Positions 36,942 to 46,807 are shown, counted from the stretch's first letter. The stretch is 64,000 nucleotides of DNA from an uncultured Clostridia bacterium (GCA_947038565.1 CAMQWP010000006.1:27504-91503); one strand, 5' to 3'. A program made the numbers and translations. The notes: generated from the sequence alone by a model not told the origin.

Positions 36942-38142
36942 TAAGTTTGTATCAGTTACCGTACTTACAGGGTATATAAAGAATATAATCGCATCAGAGG
37001 ACTTACTCCAAAACATTTCTCTAGCTGGAGAGGTGTCTGGTATAAGGTGTTCGGGGGCTCATGCCTACTTTACATTAAAAGACGAGAATGCACAAATAGA
37101 GTGTTGTTGTTTTGGTTATGCGAAAGGATATTTACCTAAGAGCGGTGAAAGTGTAATATTAACGGGTAGTCTTGATTTTTATCAAAAAGGCGGTAAGATG
37201 ACTTTTATCGCAAAGAGCATTCAGCCGTTAGGTCAAGGTGCGTTAGCGGTAAAGCTAGAACAGCTTAAGCAAAAACTTATCAAGGCAGGATATTTTAAGG
37301 AGTCGCATAAGAAGGCAATACCTAAGTACCCTAGCAAAGTATGTGTTATAACTGCTAGGACTGGTGCTGTAATAAGAGACATTGTTTCTACTATCAGAAA
37401 AAAGAATGAAATAATCGATATTGACGTATACGATGTAAAGGTGCAAGGTATCACTGCTGTAGGCAGTATGATAAACGCACTAAAGACTATAGATACTATG
37501 GGCTATGATGTTATAATCATTGCAAGGGGCGGCGGATCGTTAGAAGATCTTATGCCATTTAATGACGAAAGTCTAGTATATCAGATATTCGATACTAATA
37601 CGCCAGTTATATCCGCAGTAGGTCACGAAACTGATTTTACTTTATGCGACTTTGTGTCGGATGTGCGAGTTCCTACTCCAACAGCAGCGGGCGAGCTTGT
37701 CGGATATGATGTAGAAGAGATAAAGCGTCGAGTAATAGGTCTTATGGAGATGTGCGATAGAAGAGTTAAGACAAAACTTCATTACGCGGGAAATTCTCTT
37801 GTCCAATCAGTAAGACGACTTGTAAGCTGTAATAATCTAGTTATAAGTAATAACAAAAACAAGATCGATATGTTTGCAAGCAATATGACTAATGTTATAA
37901 ATAATAAGTTCACGGCATATGAGCATGTTATTGCGAAGCTAAATGCGTCACTTGATGCAAATAATCCTACTAAGATACTATCTAGAGGATACTCTAAGTT
38001 GTATGATAGTATAGGTCACTCGATAGACGCTAATGGTGTGAGTATAGGTGACGACATAATAGTGCTTGCTGATGGTGGCAGAATTGGTGCAGTGGTAAGC
38101 AGTGTTAAACTAAACGATAAAGGAAACGAGAGCAATGGTTAA
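36934..38142 (+). CDS. xseA: Exodeoxyribonuclease VII large subunit
   Basis: 402 aa with an OB-fold N-terminus, ARGGGSLEDLMPFNDE and SAVGHETDFTLCDFVSD. It overlaps folD by 8 nt. Confidence 0.95.
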   Translation: MSSKFVSVTVLTGYIKNIIASEDLLQNISLAGEVSGIRCSGAHAYFTLKDENAQIECCCFGYAKGYLPKSGESVILTGSLDFYQKGGKMTFIAKSIQPLGQGALAVKLEQLKQKLIKAGYFKESHKKAIPKYPSKVCVITARTGAVIRDIVSTIRKKNEIIDIDVYDVKVQGITAVGSMINALKTIDTMGYDVIIIARGGGSLEDLMPFNDESLVYQIFDTNTPVISAVGHETDFTLCDFVSDVRVPTPTAAGELVGYDVEEIKRRVIGLMEMCDRRVKTKLHYAGNSLVQSVRRLVSCNNLVISNNKNKIDMFASNMTNVINNKFTAYEHVIAKLNASLDANNPTKILSRGYSKLYDSIGHSIDANGVSIGDDIIVLADGGRIGAVVSSVKLNDKGNESNG

Positions 38143-38350
38143 GTTTGAAGATATGTTGCAAGAGATAGAGGATATAGCAAGACGCATGGAAGATAAAGAA
38201 ACTACGCTCGATGAGAGTTTAGAGCTTTTCAATGTCGGAGTAAAGAGAAGTAGCGAGTGCATGAATGTTCTTAATGAGTGCAAAGGAAAAGCGTCGTTAC
38301 TTGTTCGTGAGCTAGAAGGTATTACGAAAGCAGAGCTTGATGTAGACTAA
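38135..38350 (+). CDS. xseB: Exodeoxyribonuclease VII small subunit
   Basis: 71 aa, containing FEDMLQEIEDIARRMEDKETTLDESLELFNVGVK. It overlaps xseA by 8 nt. Confidence 0.92.
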   Translation: MVKFEDMLQEIEDIARRMEDKETTLDESLELFNVGVKRSSECMNVLNECKGKASLLVRELEGITKAELDVD

Positions 38351-38546
38351 TGTCAGTAAATAACATTTAGCTATTATCAGGAAAGTATTAATTCATAGAG
38401 ATGAAAATTCATGTTTTTATGCGTAGCTCAATTAGGTAACAATATAATATATTTTGCATGCGTAGACTAGTTGTTATAAATGAATTGTTTCGATAATTCA
38501 AAAAGCAGTATCAGTCTTGACGTAAGCATGGTATATAGGAGGAGTT

Positions 38547-39419
38547 ATGAAAGATAGGATACATTCTATTAAAACAAATTTTGAGCTATGCTTAAAGACT
38601 GCATTGAAGACTTTAGATAATGTTCCAGAGCCATTGATCGATGCGGTATTGTATGCCCTCGATGGTGGTAAAAGGCTTCGCCCCGTTTTAGCTTGTCTTG
38701 GTGCAGAGTTTATGCAAAAAGAAAGCTGTGATGTTTACGACATCGCTATGGGGCTTGAGTGTATTCATAATTACTCATTATGTCACGACGATTTGCCTTG
38801 CATGGACGATGATATGCTAAGACATGGTAAACCGTCTTGTCATGCAGTATTTGGTGAAGGCATGGCTGTGCTTGCGGGTGATGGATTACTTAACTTAGGA
38901 TTTGAAATAATGCTTGCTAAAGAAAATTCGAAGGAATGCTACTACCGTGCTGTTAGTTATATTTCACGCATGAGTGGTATTCGTGGAATGGTAGGCGGTC
39001 AGTGTATAGATATGGCAACGGAGAGTTTGCGTAATAAGTCACTCGATGAAGTCGTGATGCTAAATTTACTTAAAACATCTTGCCTTTTTAAAGGTGCATT
39101 AGTCGGTAGTGTAATCAGCCTTGGAGCGAATACAGATGAGATAAGTGCTTTAGAGCTGTACTCTGAAAAACTAGGTTTGATATTTCAAATCATTGATGAT
39201 ATTCTGGATATTACTTCCACTTCGGATATTATGGGCAAGACTGTCAATAAAGACAATGCCAGTAATAAAATCACTTACATTAGTATTGTCGGCATGGATC
39301 AGTCGTTGCAAGATATCAAAAGACTTGAGAGCGAGGCTGTTCAGGCAATAATTGGCTTTGGAGATCGTGCTAAAACTCTTATTGAGTTTGTGAATTATCT
39401 TAGCTGTAGAGTTTATTAA
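38547..39419 (+). CDS. ispA: Farnesyl/geranylgeranyl diphosphate synthase (polyprenyl synthetase)
   Basis: First Asp-rich motif LCHDDLPCMDDDMLRHGKPS and second motif FQIIDDILD. Confidence 0.92.
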   Translation: MKDRIHSIKTNFELCLKTALKTLDNVPEPLIDAVLYALDGGKRLRPVLACLGAEFMQKESCDVYDIAMGLECIHNYSLCHDDLPCMDDDMLRHGKPSCHAVFGEGMAVLAGDGLLNLGFEIMLAKENSKECYYRAVSYISRMSGIRGMVGGQCIDMATESLRNKSLDEVVMLNLLKTSCLFKGALVGSVISLGANTDEISALELYSEKLGLIFQIIDDILDITSTSDIMGKTVNKDNASNKITYISIVGMDQSLQDIKRLESEAVQAIIGFGDRAKTLIEFVNYLSCRVY

Positions 39420-39513
39420 TCTAAATGCAAATTTATAATCAATAATTAGGCAAGTTGCTACCTTATAAATCATACAATAGATAGTGTATCTTTTATGATT
39501 ATGGAGGTTTGGT

Positions 39514-40089
39514 TTGTTTAGGAGAGCTTTTAGGATTTGTATACTTACTTTTATAGTGGCATTTTTAGTATCTTTGTTGTCGGAGACTATTTCGTCAGCA
39601 AGCGGTATTATACTCGCTAGCCTTATTCTATTAGCATTGATTGTTGTATCTATTATAACTGATGGCGTCGGGGTGTCTGTAACTTGTGCTGATAAGTGTA
39701 AGATATCTCGTATGGAAAAGTCTGGTGTCAAGGGTGCAAAAGAAGCAATGGTTATGGTAGCTCACTCCGAGCTCGTAAATAGTATATGTGCGGATCTTGT
39801 GGGTGACATTTGCTCTATTATAAGTGGTGCTTGTGGTGCTACGATCGTAGTAGAACTTATACAGTTTTGCCCTGACGACTCTGTCGCTATGTGGATAGGC
39901 ATCACTATGAGTAGCGTCATCGCGGCGATTACTGTCGGAGGTAAATCGCTTGTTAAAAGCCTTGCCATTGGACGATCAGAAGATTTTGTAATAAAGTCAG
40001 CGAGGATTATTTCTAAGTTTTGCAATATCGATAAGTTGCTTAATAGGAAAAAATTAATCAGTAAAAAGAAGAAACATGATAACAAATGA
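39514..40089 (+). CDS. Membrane protein, possibly a stand-alone CNNM/DUF21-like transmembrane domain
   Basis: 191 aa. TTG start 6 nt after GGAGG. Three or four TM segments and a basic tail. The central region ...GVKGAKEAMVMVAHSELVNSICADLVGDICSIISG resembles DUF21. The family call is from memory only. Confidence 0.4.
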   Translation: MFRRAFRICILTFIVAFLVSLLSETISSASGIILASLILLALIVVSIITDGVGVSVTCADKCKISRMEKSGVKGAKEAMVMVAHSELVNSICADLVGDICSIISGACGATIVVELIQFCPDDSVAMWIGITMSSVIAAITVGGKSLVKSLAIGRSEDFVIKSARIISKFCNIDKLLNRKKLISKKKKHDNK

Positions 40090-40232
40090 AACGTAAAATT
40101 ATCAATTAAAATGCATGTTGTATGCGTTTTTGGTGGTTGTATTACAAGTGAGGTAGCTTTACCATATTTGTGTGATACATGAGTACACGTCTTAAAATGT
40201 TTTAAGTGCGGAAGTGATAAGAGGGATTGAAT

Positions 40233-42074
40233 ATGTTGTTAGAAAATGTAAATAAACCGAGCGATATTAAAGGCTTTTCAATAGATCAGCTTAATGTATT
40301 AGCTAAAGATATTAGACAAGTTATATTAGATACTGTTATGGAGAATGGTGGTCATCTAGCAAGCTCTCTTGGTGCAGTGGAGACCATTATCGCCATGCAC
40401 TATTGCTTCAATGCTCCGCATGATAAATTCGTCTTCGATGTAGGACATCAGTGCTATGCACATAAGTTGCTTACGGGTAGACAAGCTGAATTCCGTACAT
40501 TAAGAAAGATGGGCGGTATGGCTGGTTTTCCTAAGCGAAATGAGTCGGAGTATGACGTGGTAAATACAGGTCATTCTAGCACTAGTTTGTCAGTTGCTTG
40601 TGGACTTAGTAGGGCGTTGCTTAATCAAGGCTCTGATGCGATCACCGTATCACTAATCGGTGATGGTGCACTTACAGGTGGACTAGCCTTTGAGGCACTT
40701 AATGACTCTGTGACTGTTAATAAAAAGCAAATCATTATTCTTAATGATAATTCTATGTCTATATCTGAGAATGTAGGAAGTACCGCTAAGTACTTATTGA
40801 AGCTCCACAGTAGTAATACTTATAAGAGCTTTAAAAATAAGGCTTACGGCGTGGTGAAAGGTTTTAAGATAGACGGTGTAGCTAACTCTATGAAATTCTT
40901 ATATAAGGCGAAGAATAGTATTAAATATTTTTTGCAAGGTGGTATGCCTTTTGAGCAGTTCGGCTTGAGATATTACGGCCCGCTTGATGGTCATAATTTA
41001 TCAGAGCTAATACTTGCATTCAATACTGCGTATGCGGATAATGAAAGCTGTATAATTCATGTTGTGACAAAAAAAGGTTACGGATACTTGGAGGCAGAGC
41101 AAAACCCAGCTAAGTACCACGGATATAGTCCGTCTAAGAAGAGCAATGTAGTTACTTTCTCTAGTGCGTACGGCGAGAGCATGATGAAGATCGCGTCTAA
41201 GTCGGATAAAGTATATGCTGTCACTGCTGCTATGCGTGAGGGTACTGGTCTTGAGTCTTATGCGAAAATGTTTCCTGATAGATTTTCCGATGTTGGTATT
41301 GCAGAGGGGCACGCCGCGACGATGAGTGCGGGACTTGCACTGTGTGGCTATAAGCCTTATTTTGCTGTCTATTCATCATTTTTGCAACGTGCATACGACA
41401 GTGTTATACACGACATTTGTATGCAAGATTTGCCTGTTACTTTTTGTGTTGATAGAGCTGGAATAGTTCCTGATGACGGAGAAACTCATCAAGGAATTTA
41501 TGACCTTAATTTCTTAAGGCTCGTGCCTAATATGGCAGTTATGTGTCCTAAGAGTATGGAAGAACTTGACGCTATGTTAGAATGGTCTTTAGGTTATAAT
41601 CATCCGCTTACTATAAGATATCCAAAGGGTAGCACTTCAGTAAATAGTGCTGTATGCGATATTGAGCTAGGGAAGTGGGATGTGATATCTACTGCTGATA
41701 CAAGTCTAGTGATTCTTGCTTGCGGTGCGAGAATGGTTGAAGTGGGCATGGATGTAGTCAGTAAGTTGTCCGGCAATGGCATTAATGCAACGTTTGTAAA
41801 TGCGAGGTTCGTTAAGCCGATGGATAGCGAGTATTTGAATTCGCTTGAGGGCAAAACAGTGATAACTCTCGAAGATAATGTACTTGCGGGTGGTTTTGGT
41901 AGTAGTGTGTTAGAATATTTCAATGCTAATGACATTACTGCACATGTTTCATGCTATGGTATAGACGATCAAATGCTTACTCATGCAACGATAGCCGAGA
42001 TATTAAAGATGAGTAACCTTGACGCTGATACATTGACAGAAAAAATCACTGCGAAATATAAGTTATATAATTAA
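40233..42074 (+). CDS. dxs: 1-deoxy-D-xylulose-5-phosphate synthase
   Basis: GGHLASSLGAVE, the TPP motif GDGALTGGLAFEALN, and IAEGHA. An alternative start is TTG 40227. Confidence 0.96.
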   Translation: MLLENVNKPSDIKGFSIDQLNVLAKDIRQVILDTVMENGGHLASSLGAVETIIAMHYCFNAPHDKFVFDVGHQCYAHKLLTGRQAEFRTLRKMGGMAGFPKRNESEYDVVNTGHSSTSLSVACGLSRALLNQGSDAITVSLIGDGALTGGLAFEALNDSVTVNKKQIIILNDNSMSISENVGSTAKYLLKLHSSNTYKSFKNKAYGVVKGFKIDGVANSMKFLYKAKNSIKYFLQGGMPFEQFGLRYYGPLDGHNLSELILAFNTAYADNESCIIHVVTKKGYGYLEAEQNPAKYHGYSPSKKSNVVTFSSAYGESMMKIASKSDKVYAVTAAMREGTGLESYAKMFPDRFSDVGIAEGHAATMSAGLALCGYKPYFAVYSSFLQRAYDSVIHDICMQDLPVTFCVDRAGIVPDDGETHQGIYDLNFLRLVPNMAVMCPKSMEELDAMLEWSLGYNHPLTIRYPKGSTSVNSAVCDIELGKWDVISTADTSLVILACGARMVEVGMDVVSKLSGNGINATFVNARFVKPMDSEYLNSLEGKTVITLEDNVLAGGFGSSVLEYFNANDITAHVSCYGIDDQMLTHATIAEILKMSNLDADTLTEKITAKYKLYN

Positions 42075-42150
42075 TCAGTGATGATATATAAGTGGAATTA
42101 GATATATAGTATAAATAATATTATATACGCGACTAATAAGGAGGTAAGTG

Positions 42151-42999
42151 ATGGTTGTAGGCATATATGCTAATCTTGATAGAGATATAGAGTGTGAGAA
42201 GAGCAGTGAGATAGTAAGGCTTTTCGAGAGCCGAGATGTCAATTGTGTTATCGCTGATAATGCGGTAGACTATTTTGAAGGCAAATGCTTTCCTCTTTTG
42301 GAAGTGGCGGAAAAGGCTGATATTGTAATCGTGTTTGGCGGTGACGGTACTATGCTACAAGTAGCTAGTTCTATTATAGATACGGGCACTCCTATACTAG
42401 GAATCAATATGGGCAATCTAGGATTTTTAACGGAGAGTGACCATAGTGATATGTCTAAAGTGGTGGATATAATCATACGCGGAGCATTCGACATAGAAGA
42501 GAGAATGGTGCTTACGGCGAATGTAGAAGGCGTGCGGTACATAGCAATAAATGAAGTATCAATTGCTAGAAATAGAACTGAGCATACTATTGATATTGAA
42601 ATATACGTAGACGGCGGACTTGCCGACGTCGTAACAGGTGATGGCGTTATAGTGTGTACTCCTACGGGCTCTACGGCTTATGCTATGAGTTGTGGCGGTG
42701 CGATATTAAGCCCAGATCTTAAGGCAATGCAAATCACCGCAATATGCGCGCATAGCTTGCACTCTAGACCAATAGTAGTAAGTGATAGCAGTAGTGTTTT
42801 GCTAAAAGTACATAGAGCTAAGACAGATACTGTATCAGTAATAGTTGACGGCAAAAAGTGTTTAGGCACTGCTGACCGTGTTACCGTTAGTCGTGCGGAC
42901 AAGCTATTTAGATTGGTAAGATTAAATGAAGATAATTTTTATAACAAACTAATAAAAAAGATGAGTGGATGGAATAACTTAGACAGGGGGATAAACTAA
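42151..42999 (+). CDS. nadK: NAD kinase
   Basis: VFGGDGTML, GINMGNLGFLT and PTGSTAYAMSCGG. ATG 42151 follows AGGAGG (the track start is GTG 42148). Confidence 0.95.
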   Translation: MVVGIYANLDRDIECEKSSEIVRLFESRDVNCVIADNAVDYFEGKCFPLLEVAEKADIVIVFGGDGTMLQVASSIIDTGTPILGINMGNLGFLTESDHSDMSKVVDIIIRGAFDIEERMVLTANVEGVRYIAINEVSIARNRTEHTIDIEIYVDGGLADVVTGDGVIVCTPTGSTAYAMSCGGAILSPDLKAMQITAICAHSLHSRPIVVSDSSSVLLKVHRAKTDTVSVIVDGKKCLGTADRVTVSRADKLFRLVRLNEDNFYNKLIKKMSGWNNLDRGIN

Positions 43000-43457
43000 T
43001 GGCTAGAAGTGCAAGACAATTAAAATTAATAGACATTATAAACAACAATAACGTGGAAACACAATCTGAGCTGACTGAAAGATTAATCGAGTCGGGTTTT
43101 GCAGCAACACAAGCTACAGTATCGAGAGATATCAAGGAGCTAGGTGTGACTAAGGTGATGACTCCATCGCGTAGATATAAGTATGTCTACGAACATGAAG
43201 AAAAAATCATGGTAAACAAATTCAATAATCTTTTTAAAGAGTCTGTTATGTCTATAAAGTCGTCAGTTAATATAATAGTTGTAAAGACTATTATCGGTTC
43301 GGCTAATAGTGCTGCTGCGTTTATTGATAACTTAGATATAAATGAGATAATAGGCACAATAGCGGGCGATGATACTATCATGCTTGTAATGGATAAAGAA
43401 GAGTCTGTAGACGGCGTGAAGAAACAGCTCGCGTCATACTTATACGGATTATCGTAA
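42999..43457 (+). CDS. argR: Arginine repressor
   Basis: RQLKLIDII..N.VETQSELTERL...ATQATVSRDIKELG and C-terminal GTIAGDDTIM. Its start overlaps the nadK stop by 1 nt (TAATG). Confidence 0.93.
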   Translation: MARSARQLKLIDIINNNNVETQSELTERLIESGFAATQATVSRDIKELGVTKVMTPSRRYKYVYEHEEKIMVNKFNNLFKESVMSIKSSVNIIVVKTIIGSANSAAAFIDNLDINEIIGTIAGDDTIMLVMDKEESVDGVKKQLASYLYGLS

Positions 43458-43551
43458 AAATATGACAGAGTTACGAATAATTGCATTGCAATCACGCTGT
43501 GACTAAAGTATCGTATAATAGTTATTAGTATTCTAAAGAAAGAGGTGCTTA

Positions 43552-45249
43552 ATGCTTAGGACATTATCAATTAATAATATCGCACTTATAACTAGCTCGG
43601 AGATAGACTTTTCAAACGGGCTAAATATATTAACTGGTGAAACTGGCGCGGGTAAGTCAATCATAATTGACTCGCTTAATTTTGTGCTAGGTGCAAGGGC
43701 GGATAAATCGCTTGTAAGGCATGGTTGTAATGACGCAATGGTAGAAGCTGAGTTTGATGATATCAATGCAGTAGTAGGGCGTATGCTAGACGAGTATGAT
43801 ATAGATTACTCTGAAGGTGTGATTATATCTAGGAAGATGACTCTTGACGGTAAAAATGTTTGCCGAATAAATGGTGTAAAACTGCCAGTAGGAGTACTTC
43901 GCAATATTGCTGGTGCTTTGGTGGATATATACGGTCAGCATGAGAATAGTATTTTATTGAATGCCGACACTCATATTGGTATTGTGGATTTATTTGGTGG
44001 CGATAAATTAGTCAACATTCATGATAAATACATATCTGCTTATCGTAGTTATAAGAGTATTTGCAATGCTATTAAAAAGTATTCTAGCATAATGGATGCG
44101 GAGATACGTCAAGAAATATTGCAAAAGCAAATAAAAGAGATACAGGACTTTGGCGTCATTGTAGGCGAAGAAGTGGCACTAGTAAAACTATGTGATAGCT
44201 ATGATAATATAGAAGAGATTAAGAGAGCAACGCAAGGCTCATACAATGCGTTGGCTGATATGGAAGGTAATGCGAATGACCTTATATCAAATAGTATCAG
44301 AATGCTTAGAGGTATAGAAGAATATGATGAGAGCTTAGAAGGATATATTGATAGGCTAGATTCTGTTATGATAGAAATCAGTGATGTAGCTAGTAGTGTA
44401 GTAAGCATTGGCGAGCGTCTGGATGTAGATGAATATGAGGCAGGTGCTAATATCGAAAGGCTAAAAGTTCTACACGAACTGCAAGATAAGTACGGCAATT
44501 CAGAAGAAGAAATCTTAGCATATTTTGATAAGATATCTAAAGAAGTAGAAATTCTAGGTAATAGCGGATTTGAACTAGAAAAACTATCAGCCGATAAATC
44601 AAAAGCATTTACATTATTAAAAAAACTAGGATTAGATCTTACTGCACTTAGGGCAAAGACTGCTAAGAAGTTTAGTCAGCTAGTCGTAGGTGAGCTTAAA
44701 GAGCTTGGTATGCCAAACACTACTTTTAGCGTTGAGATGATATCGCTTTCGGAAGATGATGGCATAGAAAAAGACGCAACTGCGTCAGGCTTTGATGTTG
44801 TCGAATTTATGATATCGCCTAATGCTGGCGAGCCATTAAAGCCATTAGGAAAAGTTATAAGTGGTGGTGAGATGAGTAGATTTATGCTTGCCATTAAGAA
44901 AATATCAGCTGAAATTGATGGCGTTAATGTTATGGTATTTGACGAGATTGATACAGGCATTAGCGGTAAGATAGCACAGGTAGTTGCATGCAAATTATAC
45001 GATATCAGCATATCAAGGCAAGTATTAGCAGTGACCCACTTGCCACAGCTTGCGTCTATGGCGGATAATCATTATTTGATAGAAAAGACTACTGATAACA
45101 TAACTACTTCTACAAGCGTTAGATTGCTTGATTTTGATCAGTCTGTAGCTGAGCTTGCCATGATGATAGACGGATTGCAAGGTAGCGCTTCTGCTATTGC
45201 GCATGCGAGTGGACTTAAGTCTACTGCAAATACTTATAAGGCAAAGTAG
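43552..45249 (+). CDS. recN: DNA repair protein RecN
   Basis: Walker A LTGETGAGKSIIIDSL, a long coiled coil, and the signature SGGEMSRFMLAIK followed by FDEIDTGISG. Confidence 0.96.
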   Translation: MLRTLSINNIALITSSEIDFSNGLNILTGETGAGKSIIIDSLNFVLGARADKSLVRHGCNDAMVEAEFDDINAVVGRMLDEYDIDYSEGVIISRKMTLDGKNVCRINGVKLPVGVLRNIAGALVDIYGQHENSILLNADTHIGIVDLFGGDKLVNIHDKYISAYRSYKSICNAIKKYSSIMDAEIRQEILQKQIKEIQDFGVIVGEEVALVKLCDSYDNIEEIKRATQGSYNALADMEGNANDLISNSIRMLRGIEEYDESLEGYIDRLDSVMIEISDVASSVVSIGERLDVDEYEAGANIERLKVLHELQDKYGNSEEEILAYFDKISKEVEILGNSGFELEKLSADKSKAFTLLKKLGLDLTALRAKTAKKFSQLVVGELKELGMPNTTFSVEMISLSEDDGIEKDATASGFDVVEFMISPNAGEPLKPLGKVISGGEMSRFMLAIKKISAEIDGVNVMVFDEIDTGISGKIAQVVACKLYDISISRQVLAVTHLPQLASMADNHYLIEKTTDNITTSTSVRLLDFDQSVAELAMMIDGLQGSASAIAHASGLKSTANTYKAK

Positions 45250-45437
45250 TATTATAAATGTGCAATATAGTGTATTTTCGTACAATTTGTCGAATGTTTT
45301 GCTTTTTTATTGGTGTGTTACAAATTGCGACATAAACTACATTTAATCACATTATTCAGTCATAATATGCAATATTTTAATGTTGATAATTATTCTCCTA
45401 TGTTATATAATGATATTAATCAAGGGGAGGGAATATT

Positions 45438-45629
45438 ATGAAAATACAAGAATTGTTTAAAGGTGGCAATATCAACAATAGTGTAGAGTACCAGCTGAAC
45501 AACATCGGTATAATGTGTAAGTTTACCGATATGAAAATTGACGATCAGGATATTTATATACGTACGAAAGGGCATGTTAAATTTATAAACAATAAAATTC
45601 ACAATAAATTACAGCCAAATCAGGCATAA
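45438..45629 (+). CDS. Hypothetical small protein, 63 aa
   Basis: A very strong Shine-Dalgarno site (GGGGAGGG) 8 nt before the ATG. The product is Asn/Lys-rich and soluble. The ORF ends 57 nt before spoIIID. No family recognised. Confidence 0.4.
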   Translation: MKIQELFKGGNINNSVEYQLNNIGIMCKFTDMKIDDQDIYIRTKGHVKFINNKIHNKLQPNQA

Positions 45630-45686
45630 AACGTAATATTTTCTAATACATTATATATATAAAGAGTGTATTTAGGAGATATTATA

Positions 45687-45938
45687 ATGCAAAACTATAT
45701 CATTGAAAGGGTGGAGGAAATAGCTAAGTATATACTGTCGACAAAGGCAACATTGCGAAGTACTGCGGAAGTGTTTATGGTGTCAAAAAGCACCGTGCAT
45801 ACGGACATGACTGTAAGACTTAAAGAAGTGGATATCGATCTATATGAAAGTGTGCGCGAGGTGTTAGATTACAACCTTAGCGAGCGTCATGTAAGAGGCG
45901 GAGAAAGTACATATAAAAAATATAAGCAAATTAATTAA
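45687..45938 (+). CDS. spoIIID: Stage III sporulation protein D (mother-cell transcription factor)
   Basis: MQNYIIERVEEIAKYIL.TKATLR..AEVFMVSKSTVHTDM..RL......LYESVREVLDYN..ERHVRGGEST is close to Bacillus SpoIIID. ATG 45687 follows AGGAG (the track start is 45666). Confidence 0.92.
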   Translation: MQNYIIERVEEIAKYILSTKATLRSTAEVFMVSKSTVHTDMTVRLKEVDIDLYESVREVLDYNLSERHVRGGESTYKKYKQIN

Positions 45939-45971
45939 TAATGTATTTGCTGATATAATTCGGAAAAAAAT

Positions 45972-46000
45972 ATCTCGGGTGTATACCCGAGATTTTATTT
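45972..46000. terminator. Bidirectional terminator between spoIIID and the ttcA-like gene
   Basis: A7 upstream, then ATCTCGGGT-gtat-ACCCGAGAT, then TTTATTT. Confidence 0.85.
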
Positions 46001-46021
46001 TGATATTAATACATTTAATAG

Positions 46022-46771
46022 TTATCTTTTTTCGTATCCTTTAGGGAGTGAAGTATCCCACAAGTTATTGCGTTCTGGATTGAATATTGCTCCTAGCATT
46101 AACTGTTTAGTACCACGCTTTTTAAAGTCAATGTCGCTAATGAAATCTTTCATGTCTGTACGCACTGAGTGTTTATCTTTAGGACATGGATTATGTACTA
46201 TTGGTAAGTTTAATTTTTTAGCAGTAGAGGAGATGCATTTTTCCTCTGCGTAAAGGAATGGTCTTATAAGTGTCATGCCTGTTCTGTCCATATAGCTTAC
46301 TGGAGAAAATGTGCTAAATCTACCTTCATAAAAAAGGCTCATAAGCATTGTCTCTAGTATATCATCGGCATGATGACCTAGTGCTAGCTTATTGCAACCA
46401 TGTTCAAGTGCAATAGTGTTGAGTGCACCACGTCGCATTTTTGAGCAAAGAGAGCATGGACTTTTCTCTTTTCTCTCATTGAAGATAACGTTTGCGATAT
46501 CAGTCTTATGTATAATAAGCTCTACATCAATAGATTTGCAATAATCTTTGAGTGCCTGCACCTCGACTTGCGAAGTGTCTTCAAAACCCAAGTCGATATT
46601 GATAGCTATTAAGTCGAATTTCTCTGTAGAAAACTTTTTGTAGTGGGCAAGCATTGCAAGCAAAGTAACGCTGTCTTTACCACCGCTGATGCCTATAGCT
46701 ATCTTATCGCCATCGCTTATCATGCCATAATCAGCTATCGCACGTCTTGAAATTCCTAATAATTTTTGCAT
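46022..46771 (-). CDS. ttcA: PP-loop ATPase, tRNA 2-thiocytidine synthetase TtcA-like
   Basis: PP-loop GISGGKDS, CSLCSKMRRG and LALGHHADD. The likely start is MQKLLGI (complement of 46769-46771). The track ORF extends to 46789. Confidence 0.8.
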   Translation of the reverse strand: MQKLLGISRRAIADYGMISDGDKIAIGISGGKDSVTLLAMLAHYKKFSTEKFDLIAINIDLGFEDTSQVEVQALKDYCKSIDVELIIHKTDIANVIFNERKEKSPCSLCSKMRRGALNTIALEHGCNKLALGHHADDILETMLMSLFYEGRFSTFSPVSYMDRTGMTLIRPFLYAEEKCISSTAKKLNLPIVHNPCPKDKHSVRTDMKDFISDIDFKKRGTKQLMLGAIFNPERNNLWDTSLPKGYEKR

Positions 46772-46807
46772 ATTACACCTCTTATACATATAATATACAC
46801 CAAGTCA

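Noticed and set aside
39171-39731. 186-aa ORF on the minus strand spanning the end of ispA, the intergenic region and the start of the downstream membrane protein gene
   Set aside because: It is antisense to two well-supported genes, has no Shine-Dalgarno site, and has the skewed Ile/Asn/Ser/Leu-rich composition typical of shadow frames in AT-rich coding DNA.
40090-40232. TPP riboswitch or other leader upstream of dxs; T-box upstream of alaS
   Set aside because: There are no conserved TPP-riboswitch elements (CUGAGA/ACCUGA-type) in the 137-nt spacer. alaS has only a 14-nt gap upstream, so no leader can exist there.
45288-45294. Spo0A-box-like heptamer TGTCGAA upstream of the 63-aa ORF and spoIIID
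   Set aside because: A single 7-mer is expected by chance several times in 64 kb. There are no clustered boxes. spoIIID is classically sigma-E dependent rather than Spo0A dependent.
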